Shown: piece after piece, positions 49,413-62,172 of the stretch
Numbering within the stretch: position 1 is the first letter of the stretch
How the letters are laid out: every line of letters starts with the position of its first letter
From: the human T2T-CHM13v2.0 reference genome, Homo sapiens
Length of the DNA: 64,000 nt
Assembly: GCF_009914755.1 (NCBI RefSeq)
Contig: NC_060929.1
Direction: 5' to 3' (one strand)
Position numbers and translations under genes: made by a program
Notes under the pieces: generated by a model
What the model was told of the DNA's origin: nothing
The model's input: only the letters and a program-made list of their open reading frames with translations
Databases searched by the model: none

Positions 49413-51789
49413 TACTAAGCCATATTTATTTACATTTTAGTTGAGTATCAAGATTGGAAATCCAAAAAGATTCATTCCTTTTAACCATAACTGAAAGAGA
49501 TAAAGACAGGAAGTTAACAGAATCATCATCTACATCTCTATTGCGGAAATAACGTTTTGAAATGACAGTGATGTGAAATAATTTTCAAGTCTTCTCAGTA
49601 TTAAATTAGTAAGTATACTCAGCATTATAATACATAATGATATTTAATCTTTCAAACTGTTAATACTTGGGCAAATAAACTTTAAAAAATAGTGTCAGCC
49701 ATCATTGGTAAATTTTGTAATAAATCACTTTATATAAAAAATTCAGCATATGTTGGGCTGTGCAAACTGGCAACTGCTCAAAGTAAAAATTGCCAAATAT
49801 GTTAGGGTTATTTCCTTTAATTAATACAGAAATTGGTATTTGATGTTTGTATATGCCTAGGAACCTGCAGAAATAAGTATAAGCTCATTTCATTTCAAAC
49901 AAATGTTCTGTCTCTATGGAATTCTGGAATTTAAATGCAAACCTCTGAGGTTAAACAACCATGTTTCCGATTACAGAGTTTTACCATGTCATGTGTGCAC
50001 ACATTAAAAAAAAATCAGTACGAAACTCACTCTTTGTTGTCAAATAAGGAACAGTAAATTAATTTTGCTTTTGAATTATGTGGAATTGAATTATACAAGA
50101 AAATCTTGGCAATGTTCCTTCTTTTAATTAATGTTTTGTCAGATCATCAATCTTACTTTCTCCCTGTGTGTTAATATTCAATTTGTTTAATATTTACTTA
50201 AGCCCACATCTCTTTCCTAAAGAAGAATTCCTATCTAGTTAGTTAAGATGTCTCTAAGCAGCATAACAAAAGCAGTGGGGATAATTTCCCACCATATTTA
50301 ACAAACAAATGAAGTGCTCAGTTCTCCATAATGAAATCCAGAGTACTTTTTTAATGAATTAGGTCAGAAGCCTACACACAAGTTTTACAGGTAACTATAA
50401 TATGTAGGACAATAAAGCCAGTTTTTTAAAAAGAATAATAATCTCAGTATAATAAAAATTTTTAATAGTGGCTTTACACCTCCAAGGCAAATATTATTTT
50501 TCCTTCAGAAATGCAAACAGAGATGATTATTTCTTAATTTGGTCACAAAATTGAAAAAAAGACAAACAAAACATGTTTTTTACCCTCTAGTCATTGGCTT
50601 TGTCCATTTCAGAAGCTTTGTGCTGAAGACATTAGAAGGTGCAATTACCTCACGGATCAGTGGCTACTAAGCTGATATACCATTGATTTTTTAAATCATG
50701 AGGCGAGGCAGAGCACAGCTGAAGTGGATCAAATGTCTCAGCCCTGTTAGAAGGTCTTTTTTACCCATGTCTTTGCTGTACCTAAGCAAGGAAGAATCAA
50801 TAAGGTAGGAAAGATTGTTGGTAATATTTCATCTGCAATAGGCAAAGAGAAGAAATTTTATTTTAAGAGTTAGTTTTTATATAAAATTATGTCATAATTC
50901 TTTGTATGGAATTGCCTGGATCATTAGTAAAATATATTGACAAAGAGTTAGGCATGAGATTGGCTGCAAATAAAAATGAATGAACTAAGAAGAAAGTATT
51001 TTCTTGGTCTTTTAATTAAAACTCAGGAACTCAATGATTCAAAGATTATAGACTCCAAACTGACTCGCTATTTGAATAGTCACATTGCGTATGCTAATCT
51101 TTGAAAGAAATTTAATCCATCTATTTTAAATGCTATTACACACACAGTCACACACACATGTGCACACGCACACACAGAACAGCAAAATGCAGATGACTCA
51201 GAAGTAGGAATTATGGCCACTGTTATGGAGAGAACCACCAATAGGGGCTCCAACCAGAGCTCAACAAACACTTCAGGTTTCATATTTCAGACTAACTGAA
51301 GCAGTTTTTAGATATTTTGGGGGGGTTTAAGAGTTTATTGGTAAGCCATCCTGGATTTTAAATCTGTTTCTCATACACATATAGATCCTTTTTGGGAAGC
51401 ATCCAGCTTAATAAGTTTAAAGAATGAATATATCATTGACATATTTTTATTTTCCCACATTAATATTTGTTCAGGTTATTGCAAAGACAGCTAAAAGCAA
51501 AAGGAACACTAATCTGAAAAAAAAAGAAATAAAGCAAGGAAAGAAGAAATGAAGAATGGAGGAAGGTAGGAAAGAAGAAGGGAACTAAGGAAGATATGGT
51601 AATTAATATGTATCCACTCTTATCTCATGAAAATAGTTTCTTGGGGAATTTTTTTCTAATAAAGTTTATAGCCATTGAATAAATCCTTTATAATGTCCAG
51701 AATAGCACAACTCAACTTTTCTGCACTTTTGATGGTGGAAATAACGTAAGTTAAAGCCAAATATTTGAAAGATAATATATCACAGTAGA

Positions 51790-52005
51790 CAAGAGAAAAG
51801 ATTAGAGCCAGATACCATGAGATGAAATCCTAGTAAGACTTACTAATCATGTGGCTTCTGCAAGTTACTCCAGCCTTTCGTGTATGTCCATGCATTCCCT
51901 CCTTAAATTAGGGTTAATATTATTAATTTTCCATGGGATTGCTGTGCGTGTGATTCTAAAGTTCTTAGTGTCTGGTACAGAGTAAGCACTACATAAGTAT
52001 TAGCA
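51790..52005 (+). mobile_element. MIR
   Basis: 'GAAATCCTAG...ACTTACTAATCATGTGGCTTCTGCAAGTTACT...TCTGGTACAGAGTAAGCACTACATAAGTATTAGC'. Confidence 0.7.
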
Positions 52006-52119
52006 ACAAATATTATTTTAAAATTATTTTTCAGGAAAGAACAAATACATAAAAAGTCTGTGAAATCAATATTGTCTCCTTGAAAACATTCATCTTTTCT
52101 CAGATTCTAAACCCAGCAA

Positions 52120-52580
52120 AACTTCCTCTTTCTTATTACTGTCTCATGTTTGTCTTCATCCTCAGATGTACTCCTTTCTCTCCTCCAGCCCTCCTCTAAA
52201 CCTACCTGTGATCCTTCTTAAGGTTTTGGTCATTTGAGCATCCCTCTGTCACAGACACTTCGCTTCCAGGACTTCAGTGTACTTTTGGGATAGGTGGTGT
52301 TTTTCTGGGTTTTGCCCTACCAACCCCTCTGGCATTGTTTGCTTAAGCCAGTAGTCTCTCATTTGATGGCCTTTGCTGGATTAGCAATTTACTACCTGCC
52401 TGAATGCAAAGACATTCCTTCTAAATGTACAAGCTTCTTGATAGACTGTGGTTGCTAAACTGCCTTACAGGAATGTATCTGGATTCCTTACTCAGCTGAA
52501 GAAACTTCCCAGCAACCCTCCTCCTCTCCAGAAAAGTGTCTGCTACAGAGTAGACATTTAATAAAAAATTGTAAATAAAT
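52120..52580 (+). mobile_element. L2 3' fragment
   Basis: Pyrimidine-rich L2-like body; terminus 'GTGTCTGCTACAGAGTAGACATTTAATAAA'. Confidence 0.5.
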
Positions 52581-55136
52581 TAGGATGGTTAATATTGAGA
52601 TTATTTTTACATTCTATTTTGAGAATGTAAGATATTTAGATAAGAATATTTTAGGATAATTTCAATTCAAAAATATAAAAATTAATATGTTTTAATTGGC
52701 ATTTCTGATTAAGTTTCCTCAAGGATTTTAAATAACCAAAATGTACTAGATTAATATTATATCTTATCACTTTTATTTTTGTTTAGAGAAGTAACAATTT
52801 ATGTATTTCTCCACGCGATTGGAATTAAAATTTAAAATTTAACTGATGGGTTGAATTTATTAACATTTTCTTTCCAGTGTTTGAGACTTTCAAGATTTTT
52901 GTCTCAGAGTTTAATGACTGGCGATTTATCTTCTATTGTATCAGTTTAAGAGAAAAAATGGGCAATGGTGCCTAAGACACATTGGGACACAAAAACAACA
53001 GAACAAAATGTTGTCAGACAAAATATTTTTTCTACGTATTTGGTCATTAATTTCTGCCATCTCATCTTACATATGTAGGGGAAGCTGTGCTTTTCTCCCT
53101 CTACGATCTGTTTTCTTATTATAAACTCTTGTCTGTGAGAGAACTTCTATTTTAATCAAATAGAAATATGGTTGAAAACTAGATTTTTAAGCCAGTATAT
53201 TATTAGAAGTTAAAATAAATATGCTTATATAGACATCAGAATGTGAAAGTTTCTCTCATCTATGTCTTGCCTAGAAAAAGGAAAGCTTCTTTTTAAACAG
53301 TTCATATAAAATTGATCTTTTATGAACAAAATGAGCAAAAATCAATAAAACATGTCAGCATCTATCTGAATATTAGTATATAATACTTAAATGAATGCAT
53401 GCACTGCATTTTTAATTTAATGTTGCCCATTATTTCCACTTTCATTTATTCTGTAAAAATGTAATAGATTATTTATACAGTAAGTTAGCCCTTATAATGT
53501 AATGCTAATTCACCAACATTATTCAATATGGCATAGTAGTGCAATTATAATAATGGCAATGATTTGTACATTTATACTCCATTGTGCTCGAGACTCTAAA
53601 GGTATGCTCATTTGTTCAGATTTTCCCATGGAGTGAGCATGAAAGTTCACTGAAATTCATCAAGGGCATTTCCACTCTACCTTAATAGCTAAGTTAGAAT
53701 GTGGAAAAGAATCATGTTATGACATACTCGAGGCTATTTTTGTCTCTCGGCTGAAAAATCTATAGGAAAGGGATTGTACTCATGTCAAAATGTGTAACAT
53801 ATAAGAATACAATTAGCTTTACATTAAATTTTTTCCTTTAAAATAGAGCATATTATTTTAAAATAGCAAAAAAAAAAAGTTTATTTCCCTACATATTTAA
53901 TGATTACTTTTGATGATTTTAAAGCATAATACCAAAAGTAAACTAACTGCACTTACCTGATAAAATATTGTATTAGAAGTGGTTTCAGGTTTTACAGATT
54001 TTTTTTCTCACTGGGGTAAGGATTAGAATTCTGAAACTCTGTTAAGAATATGCTAGAGTTGAACAAATAAGTAAATGTATCTTATCATGAGAGTCAGGCT
54101 TCACATTGTTAGAAAAAAATGGCAAATAAGGAAAGGAGGACAGCTGAAATAAATCTTGTAATGTTGCAATTAATCAAGGTATTAATGTGAATTTGTGGCT
54201 TTAAAATATATATACAGGAAGATAGATTTAGAAATATAGAGATGTCTGTGTGCATGGGTTTAGTATACATACATGTATTTCCAAGCTCTATTCCCTGAAA
54301 TGTTCTAGAAGCAAGGATATCCTAGTAGCAATGGGCACACCCAGAACACATACGTTGATTAAAAAAATATTATTCCACAACAAAAATAAACAAGATCTTT
54401 AGAGAACTGGTTGGTTTCAAAGCTAGGATGGGGAAATACAAGATATCCTGGAGTATCTTGTGATAACAAAAAGAAAGTACACAAAAATGTATAGGAGCAT
54501 TCCAAAAAGCACAAGAATCAACATGAAAGGGTTCCCAATAGCCAAAGTTGAAAAAACATCACTAACAATATAATAACAGTAGTAGAATATAAACCACAGA
54601 ATAAAATAGATATACATGAATGCACAATAATTTAAAGTCTTAAATAAATAAGTAAATAAAGGAAAAATGCTAGCTCTTCCTTCCAAAGAATTCCAGTTAG
54701 TAAATGTAGAAGAAATGAAGACAATAGAAAATATCATTAGAACACTATGCTCACACTTGTAGCTAAGGCTCACTGATGGATGCTAAAACTAATGGGTAAG
54801 AATAAAGTCGGGTTTTTGCATGGTCTTAAGTATGTCTCCCAGAACATTTATTAAAGACAAAGAAGGATACAGTAACTTTACAGTGGAGTATCTGGCAGAT
54901 ACCAACTAAACCAAGTGATCAATGTTAATATTGCCAGTGCTAAGACATATTAATATAAAGTACCTGCTGATATCATGCATTATGAAAGGTATATAACGTA
55001 TGTGGTAATCTTGGCCAAAGAATATATAACCTTAATCTAATAACAAGAAAATATTACATAAAATCAAATGAAAAGATAGTCTACAAAGAACTGATGAGTA
55101 CTCATCAAAAGTGCCAAGGCCATTAAAGAGAAATAG

Positions 55137-55382
55137 GGCTGGGCATAGTAGCTCATGCCGCTAATCTCAGCACTTTGGGAGGCCAGGAGTCTGAGACCAG
55201 CCTGGGCACATGGTGAGATCCTGTCTCTACAAAAAATTAAAAAATTAGACAGGTGTGGTGGCACCTGGAAGGCTGAGGCAGGATGGCTTGAGCCCAGGTG
55301 GTGGAGGCTGGAGTGAGCTGTGATCGATCACACCACTGCATTCCAGCCTGGATGAGGGAGCAAGACTCTGTCTCCAAAAAAA
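55137..55382 (+). mobile_element. AluJ with two internal deletions
   Basis: J-type dimer missing segments after GGGAGGCC and after GCACCTG. Confidence 0.85.
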
Positions 55383-56057
55383 GCAGGAAGGACTGAGAAA
55401 CTGTCACAGATTGGAGGAGGATAAGAAATGCAACTAAAAGATATAATGTGAGCTCATGGAATGCATGATCCTGGAATAACAAAAAAGGCCTTTAGTTTAG
55501 ATAATGGAATCTATGAAAGTTAATTCTTTAGTTTTGCTAATTACCAGCATATCTCCAAGATGTGGCAGGTTGCTTTCTAGACCACTGCAATAAAGCAAAT
55601 GTCTCAATAAAGCAAGTCTCACAAATTTTTTGGTTACCCAGTGCATATAAAATTATGTTTACACTACAATGTAGTCTACTAAGTGCACAAAGCATTATAT
55701 TTAAAAAAATTGTACTGTAATTTTAAAAAGTTTTATTGCCAAAAATTGCCAACAATCATCTGAGCACTCAGCCAGTTTTTATCTTTCTGCTGTTGGAGGG
55801 TCTTGCCTCAACATTGATAGCTGCTGACTGATCAGAGTGTGGTTATTGAGGGTTGAGATGGCTGTGACAATTTAAAAAAAAATAAGCCAACAAAGAACTT
55901 TGCCAAATCAACTTACTCTTCCTTTCACAAAAGATTTATCTGTAGCAAGTGATTGTTTGATAACATTTTACCCACGGTAGAACTTCTTTCAAAATTGGAG
56001 TCAATCCTCTCAAACTCTGCTACTGCTTTATCAACTAAGTTTATACAATATTCTAAA

Positions 56058-56374
<317 letters not shown>

Positions 56375-56379
56375 TGTTG

Positions 56380-57529
56380 TTATTTCAATGATCTTCATGA
56401 GGAGTAGATTCCATCTCAAGAAACCACTTTGCTCATACACAGGAAGCAACTCCTTATCCATTAATATTTCATTATAAGACTGCAGAAACTCAGACACATA
56501 TTCAGGTCCCACAAATTTTAGTTCTATTTCCACCACAGCTGCAGTTACTTCTTAACCTGAAGTCTTGAACCCCTCAAAGTCATCCATGAGGGTTGAAATC
56601 ATCGTCTTCCAAACTCTGGCTAATGTTATTTCAACTTCCTCCCATAAATCATCAATGTTCTTAATAGAATTTAGAATGGTGAATGCTTCCAAGAAGGTTT
56701 TCAATTAACTTTGACCAATATATCAGAGAAACAACTATTATGGCGCCTATGACCTTACAAAATGTATTTTTTAAATAAGATCTGAAAGTCAAAATTAGTT
56801 CTTGATCCATGAGCTGCAGAATAAATGTTGTGTTAGCAGACATGAAATCAACATTAATCTCCTTGTATATTGCCATCAGAACTCTTGTGTGACCAGGGAC
56901 ATTGTCAATGAGCAGTAATGTTTTGAAAGGAATCTTTTCTTCTGAGCAGTAGTTCTCAACAATAGACTTAAAATAGTAAAACATGCTGTAAACAGATGTG
57001 CTGTCCTCCAGGTTTTGTTATCATATTTATAGAACACAGGCAGAGTCAATTTAGCATAATTTTATGGGTCCTGAGGTTTTTGAAATTGTCAATGTGCATT
57101 GGCTTCAACTTATACTGACAAGCTGCCGTAGCCCCTAACAAAAGAGTCAGCCTGTCCTTTGAATCTTTGAAGCCAGGCATTGACTTCTCCTCTCTAGCTA
57201 TGAAAGTTCTAAATGGCATCTTTTTCCAATATAAGGCTGTTTCATCCACATTAAAAGTCGTTCTTTCCTGTGGCCAACCTTCCTCAATGATCTTAGCTAG
57301 ATATTCTGGCTAACTTGCTGCAGCTTGTACATCAGCACTTGCTGCTGCTTCACTTTGCACTTTAGTGTTACAGAGATGGTTTCTTTCATTAAATCTCATG
57401 AACCAACCCTGCTAGCTTCAAAATTTTCTTCTGCAGCTTCCTTTCCTCTGTCAGCCTGTATAAAACTGAAGAGAGTTAGGGCTTTGCTCTAGATTAGGCT
57501 TTGTCTTAAGGGAATGCTGTGGCTGGTTT
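56380..57529 (-). pseudogene. Disrupted Tigger1 DDD transposase coding region (N-terminal part lies beyond 63188)
   Basis: Translations '[38 protein letters not shown]' and '[16 protein letters not shown]...LQLMDQ' contain the pogo/Tigger catalytic motifs; frames are broken. Confidence 0.88.
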
Positions 57530-58024
57530 TGAGGTAGAAGGCGGGACTCGACTCCAGAGGTGAGGCTTGGACACCAGACCAAATTGAGGACCAGCTAAAA
57601 CAGGTCGAGGCAGAAGAAATTTTCCATAAGATATGCCCACCAGTGTGCCATGTCAGTTTACCATTGTCGTGGCAACACCCAGGAGTTATCTCCCCTTTCC
57701 ACGGCAATAACTCAGTGGTCCGAAAGTTACTGCCCCTTCTGTGGAAATTTCTGCATAAACCACCCCTTAATCTGTGTATTATTAAAAGCGAGTATAAGTG
57801 TGACTGCAAAATTGCCCTGAGTTGCTACTATCTGCCTACAGGGTAACCCTGCTCTGCAGGAGCACTCACAGACCTGTAACACCACCAGAGCTGTAACACT
57901 GCGGCTTTAATAAAGTTGATTTTTTTCTGTTAATACCACTAGCTTGTCCTTGGATTCTTTCCTGGGTAAAGCCAAGAACTTTCAGGGGCTAAGCCCCACC
58001 TTGGGATTCCCCTGCCTTGCATCA
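57530..58024 (+). repeat. 5' LTR of ERV1 provirus
   Basis: TG...CA ends, TATAA at ~57793, AATAAA at ~57909; aligns with 62709-63187. Confidence 0.9.
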
Positions 58025-58034
58025 GCTTGGCACC

Positions 58035-58382
58035 TGATATGGTTTGGCTCTGTGTCCCCACCCAATTCTTATGTTGAATTGTAATCTCCAATGTTGTGGG
58101 AAGGGCCTGGTGGGAGGTGATTTGATCATAGGGGTGGATTTCCTCCTTGCTGGTCTCATGATAGTGAGGGAGTTCTCACAACATCTGGTTGTTTGAACTG
58201 TGTAGCTCCTCTCCCTTCACTTGCTCTCTGTCCCGCCAGCCATGTGATGACTGTGCCTGCTTCCCCTTCACCTTCTGCCATGATTGCAAGTTTCCTGAGG
58301 CCTCCCTAGAAGCAGAATCTAAACAGCCTGCAGAACCTTGAGCGTATTAAAATTACCGAGTTTCAGGTATGTCTCTATAGCA
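58035..58382 (+). mobile_element. MSTA/THE1D-like MaLR LTR inserted in the provirus PBS; 3' terminus deleted
   Basis: Starts TGATATGGTTTGGCTCTGTGTCCCCACCC and ends TCTCTATAGCACC; GCACC at both ends. Confidence 0.88.
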
Positions 58383-59884
58383 CCTTACTGGGTGTGAGGT
58401 GAAGAAAGAAGATAGCATCATGAGAGATGGCAAGGCAATGATGAGGTGGCAATTGGCGATCAGCAAGTGGCAGTCAGAGAGAGGCTAGTGTCAAAGGGGC
58501 AGATGGTGAGTGGAAGTCTGTGAGGCAGCAGTCAACAAGTGGCTAGTGGCAACTGGGGATCAGCTGGATAGTGATTGGCATGATGGCAGTCAGTGGGATG
58601 AGGATTGGTGGAATATCATTCAACAGGACTGCAATCCACACAACAGCAGTAGGCAGGACGATGAGTGGAGAGTCAGCCAAGCAGAGCTGTAACATTGAGC
58701 TCTAACACTAACCTAAGGCTCTTTTAAGAGCCATCATTTTTCCTAGTAGGCAGTAGAGCTGATAAGACAGGCAAGCCTGATACCCCCCACTCCGACCAGC
58801 AGCCTGGTGGGTTACCAGCTCCATGCAGGCTCCTCCTACCATGGCAGGCAAGCCTACCTGAGCTGAGGGATTCTGGAGAGATATTCACTTGGGTCCCATG
58901 TGGAAGATCAGTCAGCATTATGCCTGGTCTGGTGGTTGGGTGAGTGTCCCTTCTGCCCACACCCTATAGTACAGGGAGAACTAGGAAGTAAAATAAAAGC
59001 CTTTGGCTAGGTGATCAGTTTCATTGTTTGCCCCAAAGCACATCTTTGTCACTCCTTCACCTTCTGATGTCATATTATCTTCAGTCCTAAAATGTGTGCA
59101 TTCTTATATTTGCTTTTAACGTTTTGTTGTGTGTGAGCAATTTTTTGAGGCAAGACCATTGGTTGTGAGAGGTACCACATTGTGTTGACTCTGGAATGCC
59201 AGAGTAATGTCGTTCTGTGACCTCTACTTGGTCTTTGGTTCACTGTTGGCCACTCCCACTCCCTGCGTCCTCCAGGGTTTTCAGCATTGACGAGGAGATC
59301 TTCTTTGGATGAAACTCAGCCACTCTGAATTTTCAGCATTGGTATTTTGGCAGTCCCCCAGATGCTCTGGAGTATTTGGTGTTGACATTTCCTCTCGGAT
59401 TTGGGTTATACCCCTTCACCTAGGGGAATATTGGTCTTGCCTTCTTCTGCCCTATTGGAAGTATTTTCCTAGTCCTTTTTTGTGTGCTGTCTTATAACTG
59501 CCTTGCTCAAGACCTGCTTGGTCAAAGACTGGAAGTTTCCAGGCTCTTGGCCTGATGAACAGCCACCTGCAGCAGTAGACAAGTAGCCACCCAAATGTCT
59601 TTTTCTCTGCCACTAGGTGTGCTCCCTAGCAAGTTAGGGCTTCTGAGGTCTCCCCTTGGGCAATGCTGTTTCCTCCCTTTCTGCCCAACCCTTACTTTCT
59701 TTAGAATTTGGCCTCAACATCCAACTGCCCACTTGAAATGTGTAACCTGCTTTTATATTTTATAATACTTTGATATCTATAGAAAGTGGGAAACTAAAAG
59801 GGAAAGGACGCTAGGCATTTGATAAATTTAGGCTAACTGAAATCACCTATAGAGATCCTTATGATATATGGAGACAACAGCAAG

Positions 59885-62172
59885 TGTATTAGTCCATTTT
59901 CACACTCCTGATAAAGACATACCTGCGACTGGGCAATTTACAAAAGAAAGAGGTTCAATGGATTTTCAGTTCCACCTGGCTGGGGAAGCCTCACAATCAT
60001 GGTGGAAGGCAAGGAGGAGCAAGTCACGTTTTACATGTATGGCAGCAGGCAAAAAGAGAGAGATTGTGCAGAAAAACTTCTCCTTATAAAACCATCAGAT
60101 CTCATGAGACTTAGTTACTATCACAAGAATAGCACTGGAAAGCCCTGCCCCCATGATTCAATTACCTCCCCCTGGGTCCCTTCCATAACACATGGGAATT
60201 GAAGATGAGATTTGGGTGAAGATACAGCCAAACCATATCATTCCACCCCTGACCTCTGCCAAATTTTATGTCCTCACATTTCAAAACAAATCATGCTTTC
60301 CCAAAAATCCCCCACAATCTTAACTCATTTTGGCATTAACTCAAAAGTACACAGTCCAGAGTCTCATCTGAGGCAAGGCAATGAGCCTACAAAATCAAAA
60401 ACAAGTTAATTACTTCCTAGATACAATGGTGGTACAGGCATTGGGTAAATACAGCCATTCCAAATGGGAGACATTGGCCAAAACAAAGGGACTACAGACC
60501 CCATGCCAGTCCAAAATCCAGCAGGTCAGTAAAATCTTAAAGCTCCAAAATGATCTCCTTTCACTCCATATCTCACATCCAGGTCGCACTGATGCAAGAG
60601 GTGGGTTCCCATGGTCTTGGCAACTCCCACCTGTGGCTTTTCAGGGCATAGCCTTCCTCCTGGCTGCTTTCATGGGCTGGCAATGAGTGTCTGTGGCTTT
60701 TCCAGGTGCAAGCTGTCAATGAATCTACCATTCTAGGGTCTGGAGGATGGTGGCCCTCTTCTCACAGCTCCCCCAGGAGGTGGTCAGTAGAGCCTGTGTG
60801 TGGGGCTTTGACCCCATATTTCCCTTCTGCACTGCCCTAGCAGAGGTTCTCCATGAGAGCCGCACCCATACAGCAAAGTTCTGCCTAGGCATCCAGGCAC
60901 TTTCATACATCTTCTGAAATCTAGGTGGAGGTTCCCAAACTTCAATTCTTGACTTCTGGGTATCCACAGGCTCAACACCATGTAGAAGCTGCCAAGGCTT
61001 GGAACTTCCACCTTCTGAAGCCATGGACCAAGCTCTATGTTGGCCCCTTTCAGCCATGGCTGGAGCAGCTGGGACACAGGATACAAAGTCCCTAGGCTGC
61101 ACACAGCATGGGGACCCGTGGCCTGGCCCATTAAACCATTGTTTCCTCCTAGGCCTCTGGGCCTGTTATGGGAGGGCCTGCCATGGAGACCTCTGACATG
61201 TCCTGCAGACATTTTCCCCACTGTTTTGGGGATTAACATTCAGCATCTCATTGCTGATGGAAATTTCTGCAGCCAGCTTAAATTTCTTCTCAGAAAATGG
61301 GATTTTCTTCTCTATCACATTGTCAGGCTACAAATTTTCTGAACTTTTATGCTCTGCTTCTTTTATAAAACAGAATGCCTTTAACAGCACCAAAGTCATC
61401 TCTTAAATGCTTTGCTGCTTAGAAATATCTTCTGCCAGATACACCAAATCATCTCTCTCAAATTCAAAGTGCCACAAATCTCTAGGGCAGGAACAGAATG
61501 CTGCCAGTCTCTTTGCTAAAGCATAACAAGAGCTACCTTTGCTCCAGGTCCCAACAAATTTCTCATTTCCATCTGAGACCACCCCAGCCTGGATTTCATT
61601 GTCCATATCATTAACAGCATTTTGGTCAAAGTGATTCAATAAGTCTCTAGGGAGCTCCAACTTTTCCCGCAGTTTCCTGCCCTCCTCTGAATCCTCCAAA
61701 CTGTTCCAATTTCTGCCTGTTACCCAGTTCCAAAGTTGCTTTCATATTTGCAGGTATCTTTTCAGCAGTGCCCCACTCTAATGTAATGCAGTAATGCAGT
61801 AATGAATTTACTGCATTAGTTCATTTTCATGCTGCTAATTAAGACATACCCAAGAATGCACAATTTATATAAGAAAGAAGTTTAATGGACTTACAGTTCC
61901 ATTAAACTTACAGTTCCCCTGATGGGGAGGCTGCACAATCATGGTGGAAGGTGAAAGGCACATCTGACATGGCATCAGACAAGAGAAGAGAGTTTATGCA
62001 GGGAAGCTCCCCTTTTTATAAAACCATCAGGTCTCATGAGACTTATTCACTATCACAAGAACAGCACTGGAAAGAGTTGCCCCCATGATCCAATTACCAC
62101 CCACCGGGTCCCTCCTACGACATGTGGAAAGTCAAGACAAGATTTGGGTGGGGACACAGCCAAACCAGAACA
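59885..62172 (-). mobile_element. Full-length THE1 (THE1A/B) MaLR: LTR 59885-60240, internal 60241-61811, LTR 61812-62172
   Basis: Two ~355-bp LTRs around a ~1.57 kb internal region; broken MaLR ORF remnants 'LELPRDLLNHFDQNA...LAKRLAAFCSCPRDLW' and 'SRIEVWEPPPRFQKMY'. Confidence 0.95.

Noticed and set aside
56661-57249. Domesticated TIGD/CENP-B-like gene
   Set aside because: Frames are broken, the coding region is split by an ERV, and TIRs remain; it is an ordinary Tigger1 fossil.
58400-58720. Repetitive GGCAGT/GGCAAT-rich stretch as a repeat-spacer array
   Set aside because: Degenerate low-complexity ERV leader; no fixed repeat with unique spacers, and the context is eukaryotic.
60381-61699. 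Several 98-151 aa ORFs as a novel operon-like system
   Set aside because: Fragments of the known THE1 internal ORF and its antisense frames.
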